DNA of 29,786 nt from an uncultured Syntrophomonas sp. Lineage in GTDB: Bacteria; Bacillota; Syntrophomonadia; Syntrophomonadales; Syntrophomonadaceae. A program made the position numbers and the translations under genes. Every line of letters starts with the position of its first letter. Within the stretch, counting starts at the first letter, position 1. The notes beneath the pieces were generated by a model. The model was not told the origin of the DNA. It made no database searches and worked only from the letters and a program-made list of their open reading frames with translations. The DNA lies in NCBI GenBank assembly GCA_964510795.1, contig CAZEDT010000034.1, positions 10,905 through 40,690 of the forward strand, in the 5' to 3' direction. Shown here one piece after another: positions 25,078-29,786 of the stretch.

Positions 25078-26703
25078 TTACCCTTGCTTATTTTTTTCTC
25101 TTTGCCGCAGGGCGTTGCGCATGGGTTTACCAACTGTGGTGCGGGGCAATTCATCTATGAATTCAACCTGGGTTGGAACTTTATAGGGGGCCAGGCTTTT
25201 TCGGCAATGCTCTTTTACTTCTTCTTCGCTCATGGTTTCGTCGGGCTTCAAAATAATAAATAGCTTAGGAGTTTCTCCTCTTTTGGCATCAGGAATACCG
25301 ATAGCGCAGGCATCCAGTACTTTAGGATGGGTGTACATAACTTCGTCTATCTCCCGACAAAAAACATTGAAACCGCTGCAGAGTATCATATCCTTTTTGC
25401 GATCGACGATAGTGATAAAACCATCCTCATCCATGGTGGCGATATCGCCGGTATAGAGCCATCCGTCTCTTAACACATTGAGTGTTTCGGCAGGATTCTG
25501 CCAGTAGCCGCTCATAATTTGTGGGCCCTGGGCGATCAGCTCACCTGGTTCACCGATAGGCATGTCGGTTATACCTTCTTCAATATCCACGATGCGTATA
25601 TCAACGTCAGGCCAGGGAAGACCGACACTGCCTACTTTACGTTTAGTATAAAAGGGAGTGCAGGTAAGTACATTGGAAGTTTCCGATAGACCATAGCCCT
25701 CAGTTATTACTGCCCCTGATACTGCCTCGAAGGTGTTCAAGCCTTCCACTGCCAGAGGTGAAGACCCACAAATCATGCCTTTAATGGATTTAATCTTCGA
25801 TTTACCTATATCAGGGTGAGCGTTCAAACCATAAATCATAGCTGGAACTGCGGCAAAGAAATTAGGTTCGTGTTCGTTGATATTCTTCAGCAAATTATCA
25901 GGCGAGGGGCCATTGACCACTACAACGGTACCGCCTGCAATCATATTCATATTGATACTGGTATTAAACCCATAGATATGATAAAGAGGCATGGCTGCCA
26001 TGGCCTTTATATCCTCGGGTCTTTCAAAAGGAGGAGTAAACCACACTGTATCCTGATAGGCCATTGCTTCCAGATTGGCATTAGTCAAAATACACCCTTT
26101 GGATAAACCAGTCGTGCCGCCTGTATACTGCAACATGGCCAGATCATCAGCAGTAATCTCAATATACGGTTCCTGGTCCTCGCCTCTTGCCAGGAGTTCA
26201 TTATAGTCATAGATAAAAGAAGCCGACTCAATTTCAACTTGATTGGCAGTTTGAATTATAACAACTTTTTCAACGCCGGTGTTGTTAGCCTTAACAATTT
26301 CAATCACTTTGTTAGCAAAATGGGATTCGACAAAAACGATTTTAGAACCGCTGTCTGCGAATTGATGAGTTAATTCCGGAACAGTGTACATCGGGTTAGT
26401 CGGAACAATACCTGCTCCCAGCTTGAAACAGGCCTGCAAGCAGATTACATATTCAGTCAGATTGCTGCTCATGAGAGCTATACGATCACCCTTTACATAG
26501 CCCAGCGACAAAATCGAGTTGGCCAGCTTCTGTGCGACTGAGTTGGCCTCCTTATAAGTGAGGTGCTTATCTCCCCACACTAAATAAGCTTTATCGGGGT
26601 TCTTAGCCACCCAATTATTAAAATGGTCTTTCATAGGAATCCTGGGGTAATCAATACTGTGAGGAACTCCCTGATCATAAAATTCATACCACCGTCTCTC
26701 CAT
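25078..26703 (-). CDS. Acyl-CoA synthetase, FadD-like (paralogue of 20919-22538)
   Basis: Colinear with the 20919-22538 product (W.EFYDQGVPHSIDYPRIPMKDHFN, QYTGGTTGLSKGC, EGYGLSETS, GWLYTGDIATMDEDGFITIVDRKKD). I prefer the start at MERRWY (ATG at 26703), which follows GGAGGTGGG. Confidence 0.9.
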   Translation of the reverse strand: MERRWYEFYDQGVPHSIDYPRIPMKDHFNNWVAKNPDKAYLVWGDKHLTYKEANSVAQKLANSILSLGYVKGDRIALMSSNLTEYVICLQACFKLGAGIVPTNPMYTVPELTHQFADSGSKIVFVESHFANKVIEIVKANNTGVEKVVIIQTANQVEIESASFIYDYNELLARGEDQEPYIEITADDLAMLQYTGGTTGLSKGCILTNANLEAMAYQDTVWFTPPFERPEDIKAMAAMPLYHIYGFNTSINMNMIAGGTVVVVNGPSPDNLLKNINEHEPNFFAAVPAMIYGLNAHPDIGKSKIKSIKGMICGSSPLAVEGLNTFEAVSGAVITEGYGLSETSNVLTCTPFYTKRKVGSVGLPWPDVDIRIVDIEEGITDMPIGEPGELIAQGPQIMSGYWQNPAETLNVLRDGWLYTGDIATMDEDGFITIVDRKKDMILCSGFNVFCREIDEVMYTHPKVLDACAIGIPDAKRGETPKLFIILKPDETMSEEEVKEHCRKSLAPYKVPTQVEFIDELPRTTVGKPMRNALRQREKNKQG

Positions 26704-26916
26704 AATACCCACCTCCACAACCATTATTTGTCATAATTATATTATATTACAAAAATGTATAATTTGTGTAGATATTAGAGGCGGTTATGGTCTGTTTTGT
26801 TCATGTATTTAAATTTTCCACAATATTCACAAAGTGCTGTTTGATACCAACTAATTAATTTAGTTATAATAAATAAGACTAAGATAAAACCAATAACGAA
26901 GGGAGAAATATACATA

Positions 26917-28284
26917 ATGAAGCATAAGTCATTATATCTTGTTACAGTAATTGTCCTATTATTGTTGCCCTGTGGACTGGTAATGGGATATGAAAACAAT
27001 GGTATTTATACGAAAGCTACCTTGATTCTGAATAACCCCGAATTAAATGTAATACAAGACGGCAATGCCACAAACCACAAGCTGGACTGTGCTCCTTACA
27101 ATCCTGATGGAACCACTCTGATTCCAGTACGGGGAGTTTTGGATGCTTGCGGAGATACGGTGACCTGGTCTCCTGCGCAAAGGCAGGTAGAAGTAAGTAA
27201 TTCTAATAGTAGAATTATCATGACATTGAATTCGGATATGGCTACTGTAAATAATGCCGTAGTTAAAATGAGCCGTCCTGCACAGGTAGTCAATGGGCGC
27301 ACGATGATCCCACTGCGATTTGTATCAGAAAATATGGGCTATGAGGTTAAATGGTACGCCAACGAACAGAAGATAGAAATAATCAAGCAGATTGCAGCTC
27401 GAGTAAATGGGAAAGCAATCAGCTTAAGCGATGTGAACAAAACTCAGGCTATTTACAAATATGTACTGGAGAAAAATTATGGCCCAGCAGTATGGGAACA
27501 AAAAGATGAAAAAGGAAATCGGGTTTTTGCTAACCTTCAGGATATGATATTAAATGAACTGATAATAGGTGAAGTGACACAGCAAAAGGCCGTTAACGAC
27601 AAGGTAACGGTCAGTGTTGGCGAAATCGAGCAGGCCCTCAAGGCTTATCTGGCTAATGCCCAGCAAGACCCTGGGCTGGTAGCGGTTCTAACGAAAAACT
27701 CCATCAGTGACAGCTATCTTCGGCAGATGATAAGTCGGGACATATTGGTAAATAAGTACAATGTGAATTACCTTAATTCAGTAAAAATCAGCGATAACGA
27801 GATCAAAGCCTATTTCCAGGCCAACCAATCCGTCTTCAATGAAGAGCAAGTCAAAGCAGCCCATATCCTGATTAAGACCCTGGATACCAGTAAGCCCGAG
27901 AATAATAATGCCAACCAGGCCTCGCTCCAGAAAGCTCAGGATATTCTTAAACGAGCTCAGGGGGGAGAGGAATTTGCTGCTCTGGCTAAAGAATATTCGC
28001 AAGATCCCGGTTCCGCTTTCCAGGGGGGGGATCTGGGTTATTTCAGCCGAGGGCAGATGGTTAAACCATTCGAGGATGCGGCCTTCAGTCTGCGTCCAGG
28101 ACAGATATCGGGGATAGTTCAAAGCATTTATGGTTATCACATAATCAAAGTATTGGATCACAAAACCGAAATTGCCTCCCTGAATGATCTTAACAGACAA
28201 ATTATTCAAGGCACCTTAATAAAAGAAAAGGCTCGTATTCACGCCGATGAACTGGTCAAAGCCGCCCAGGTGCAAAAATACTAA
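26917..28284 (+). CDS. Secreted PrsA/SurA-like peptidyl-prolyl isomerase (parvulin/PpiC domain) fused to a CuAO-N-like domain
   Basis: A signal peptide is followed by a CuAO-N-like block (TLIPVRGVLDACGDTVTWSPAQRQVEV...MIPLRFVSENMGYEVKW). A SurA-N-like helical region follows. The rotamase signature is AAHILIK....(insert)...A..I..RA..GE.FA.LAKEYSQDPGSA..GGDLGYF.RGQMVKPFEDAAF.L..GQISG.V.S.YGYHIIKV. Confidence 0.9.
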   Translation: MKHKSLYLVTVIVLLLLPCGLVMGYENNGIYTKATLILNNPELNVIQDGNATNHKLDCAPYNPDGTTLIPVRGVLDACGDTVTWSPAQRQVEVSNSNSRIIMTLNSDMATVNNAVVKMSRPAQVVNGRTMIPLRFVSENMGYEVKWYANEQKIEIIKQIAARVNGKAISLSDVNKTQAIYKYVLEKNYGPAVWEQKDEKGNRVFANLQDMILNELIIGEVTQQKAVNDKVTVSVGEIEQALKAYLANAQQDPGLVAVLTKNSISDSYLRQMISRDILVNKYNVNYLNSVKISDNEIKAYFQANQSVFNEEQVKAAHILIKTLDTSKPENNNANQASLQKAQDILKRAQGGEEFAALAKEYSQDPGSAFQGGDLGYFSRGQMVKPFEDAAFSLRPGQISGIVQSIYGYHIIKVLDHKTEIASLNDLNRQIIQGTLIKEKARIHADELVKAAQVQKY

Positions 28285-28309
28285 TTTTAACTAACGATCT
28301 TATCAGACA

Positions 28310-28345
28310 GCCCGGTAGTTCTAGAAACTGCGGGGCCGTTTTTTT
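28310..28345 (+). terminator. Rho-independent terminator after the PrsA-like gene
   Basis: GCCCGGTAGTT (28310-28320), loop CTAGA, AACTGCGGGGC (28326-28336). The stem has one mismatch and one G.T pair. CG and then TTTTTTT follow. Confidence 0.7.
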
Positions 28346-28604
28346 GTTCAGCACCAGAGGGGTTAAGAATTGGAATTTGAATGAGCTGTAGTTTTAGACA
28401 GATTTATAATTTCATGGGCTAAGGTTTTATCAAACGATTTCGTAAAAAAATTGTTTTTTAGACATTTTCCCCTAATCAGATATTGTGTTCAACAAATTAA
28501 TGGGACAATGTGTAATGGCATAGTGGAACAGTCGCGGTAGCTGGCATGGGAGCCATTGTTATGGGGTTTAAGGAGGTTTTTTTGCAGGCGAATGGCTTAA
28601 TGGG

Positions 28605-28639
28605 CACAATGTAACCGGTGAAAGGTTACATTGTGTAAC
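28605..28639. promoter_or_regulatory. Nested palindromes, a candidate upstream activator/operator site for the abfD-like gene
   Basis: CACAATGTAACC (28605-28616), 7 nt, then GGTTACATTGTG (28624-28635) form a perfect 12-bp inverted repeat. It overlaps GTTACA-TTG-TGTAAC (28625-28639). A related half-site, ACAATGTGTAA, lies near 28505-28515. The block sits about 90-125 bp upstream of the sigma-54 element. Confidence 0.4.
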
Positions 28640-28727
28640 GGTTATTTAACCACAACTTTATATGGTAAAGCTAATTAAATGAGGTATTTAGGCACCTCGG
28701 AGCAGAATTGAGCTTTGCTTAGGGGGG

Positions 28728-28743
28728 TGGCATGAAATTTGCA
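28728..28743 (+). promoter_or_regulatory. Sigma-54 (-24/-12) promoter
   Basis: TGGCATGAAATTTGCA compared with the consensus TGGCACG-N4-TTGCW. The GG and GC dinucleotides have the exact spacing, with one mismatch (T for C). It lies 163 nt upstream of the abfD-like ATG. Confidence 0.55.
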
Positions 28744-28905
28744 ATATTAGTTGCTAAGTTGATTGACTAACATTACATTACAAAGGTTCACGGAATATAA
28801 TGGAGCTTTGGTTGACATAGCCCGAAAATATTCCCTTAAGACTACAGTAAGTAGTATCTGAATGGTATTGCTATATAATATTTATGAGGAGAAGGGGTAG
28901 AAATA

Positions 28906-29786
28906 ATGAGAACATCACAACAATATTTAGAAAAACTAGCCAGTATGAGACCCAATATTTATTTGGACGGACAATGCATAGGTCGTGATCATCCTAAGGT
29001 TGTACATGCCAGTCAGGCAATTCAATTAACCTTTGACAAAGCAAATGATCCAGAGTACAGCAAATGGCTGACCACCACTTCTCATATTAGCGGTAAGCCC
29101 ATTAATCGGTTTAACCATATTCACCAATCAGCTGATGATCTGCTTCTGAAGCAGGAGATGACCCGCAAAATGTGTAACCTCATCGGCGGATGTATTCAGA
29201 GATGTATGGGTGCCGATTCCATGAATGGACTATCAGTTGCCACCAAAAATGCTGACCTCAAGTATGGGACCAACTATCATGAAAGATGGCTTAAATATCT
29301 TGAATACTTTCAGGAAAATGACCTGATAGGTGCAGCTTCCCAGACCGACGCTAAAGGCGACCGCAGCCTGAGACCAGCCCAACAGGCTGATCCTGATATG
29401 TATTTGCACGTGGTAGAGAGAAGAGATGACGGTGTTGTAGTTAGAGGTGCCAAGCTGCACAATACCATGGCACCCTATTCTGATGAACTGTTGGTCTTCC
29501 CAACCCGCGCTCTGGGTAAAGATGAAAAGGATTATGCGATTGCCTTTGCTATTCCAGCCGACGCCGAAGGAATATATCTGATTGGCCGTCAAGCATTTTC
29601 TCTGGAGAGAGAAGAAGGCATGGAAGCTCCGTATACTGATCTGGCTGATATTGAGAGCATGACCGTTTTTGACAACGTATTTGTACCTAACGAAAGAATC
29701 TTTCTGAATGGCGAAACCGATATCGGAGGCGAACTGGCTCTGCTGTTTGCCTTGTACCACAGGCACAGCTATTGTGGCTGCAAACC
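28906..29786 (+). CDS. abfD: 4-hydroxybutyryl-CoA dehydratase/vinylacetyl-CoA isomerase family protein, 3'-truncated by the window edge
   Basis: This ORF is not in the supplied track because it has no stop in the window. I translated it by hand from the ATG at 28906, which follows GGAGAAGGGG. The product is MRTSQQYLEKLASMRPNIYLDGQ...INRFNHIHQSADDL...GGCIQRCMGAD...KYGTNYHERWLKYLEYFQENDL...DAKGDRSLRPAQQADPDMYLHVVERRDDGVVVRGAKLHNT...KDYAIAFAIPADAEGIYLIGRQ...VFDNVFVPNERIFL...YHRHSYCGCK. It is colinear with Clostridium aminobutyricum AbfD as I recall it. The match includes the C..RC and H......C cluster-ligand positions. Confidence 0.8.
   Translation, partial: MRTSQQYLEKLASMRPNIYLDGQCIGRDHPKVVHASQAIQLTFDKANDPEYSKWLTTTSHISGKPINRFNHIHQSADDLLLKQEMTRKMCNLIGGCIQRCMGADSMNGLSVATKNADLKYGTNYHERWLKYLEYFQENDLIGAASQTDAKGDRSLRPAQQADPDMYLHVVERRDDGVVVRGAKLHNTMAPYSDELLVFPTRALGKDEKDYAIAFAIPADAEGIYLIGRQAFSLEREEGMEAPYTDLADIESMTVFDNVFVPNERIFLNGETDIGGELALLFALYHRHSYCGCK

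Noticed and set aside
29233-29766. The 177-aa minus-strand ORF in the supplied track
   Set aside because: It is the antisense shadow of the plus-strand AbfD-family frame, which has clear family colinearity. The minus-strand product has no recognisable features.

Overview
The gene content looks like a Firmicute chromosome of the Clostridia/Peptococcaceae type: copper-amine-oxidase-N-domain proteins, DUF3795, an AbfD-like dehydratase and DegV. All homology calls come from reading the translations by eye, with no searches run.

**Layout**
- **1-7.7 kb, interbacterial-competition locus.** It holds a 5'-truncated Big_2-repeat/YD/discoidin surface protein built partly from identical 252-bp tandem repeats. 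Next is a Sec-signal Rhs/YD (WapA-like) polymorphic toxin. Its C-terminal tip reads as a cholera/pertussis-toxin-fold ADP-ribosyltransferase with an R / S-T-T / Q-x-E catalytic signature. A translationally coupled 140-aa acidic ORF (putative immunity) and a NADAR (YbiA-like) gene follow, closed by a terminator.
- **7.8-10.0 kb, decayed integrative or satellite-like element.** It contains an RHH protein, a Mu Com-like zinc ribbon and a truncated PrimPol. The PrimPol abuts a nonsense-mutated, truncated tyrosine-integrase fragment. The region ends at the 3' part of a class II (Leu-like) tRNA, which looks like an att scar.
- **10.0-12.7 kb, repeat-bounded cassette.** A consensus promoter and a strong terminator bracket about 280 nt with no credible ORF. 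After it, a WYL/YafY regulator, a GyrI-like protein and a DUF3788-like protein are bracketed by about 90-bp inverted repeats, with a diverged direct repeat further out.
- **12.7-29.8 kb, ordinary-looking genes.** These are a GGDEF cyclase, DegV, a large membrane protein, UvsE, DUF3795, three acyl-CoA synthetase paralogues, an orphan 330-aa protein, two CuAO-N-domain secreted proteins (one a PrsA-like parvulin), and a 3'-truncated abfD-like gene behind a good sigma-54 promoter.

**Best candidate for a new system:** the three-gene module of Rhs-ART toxin, small immunity protein and NADAR eraser enzyme.
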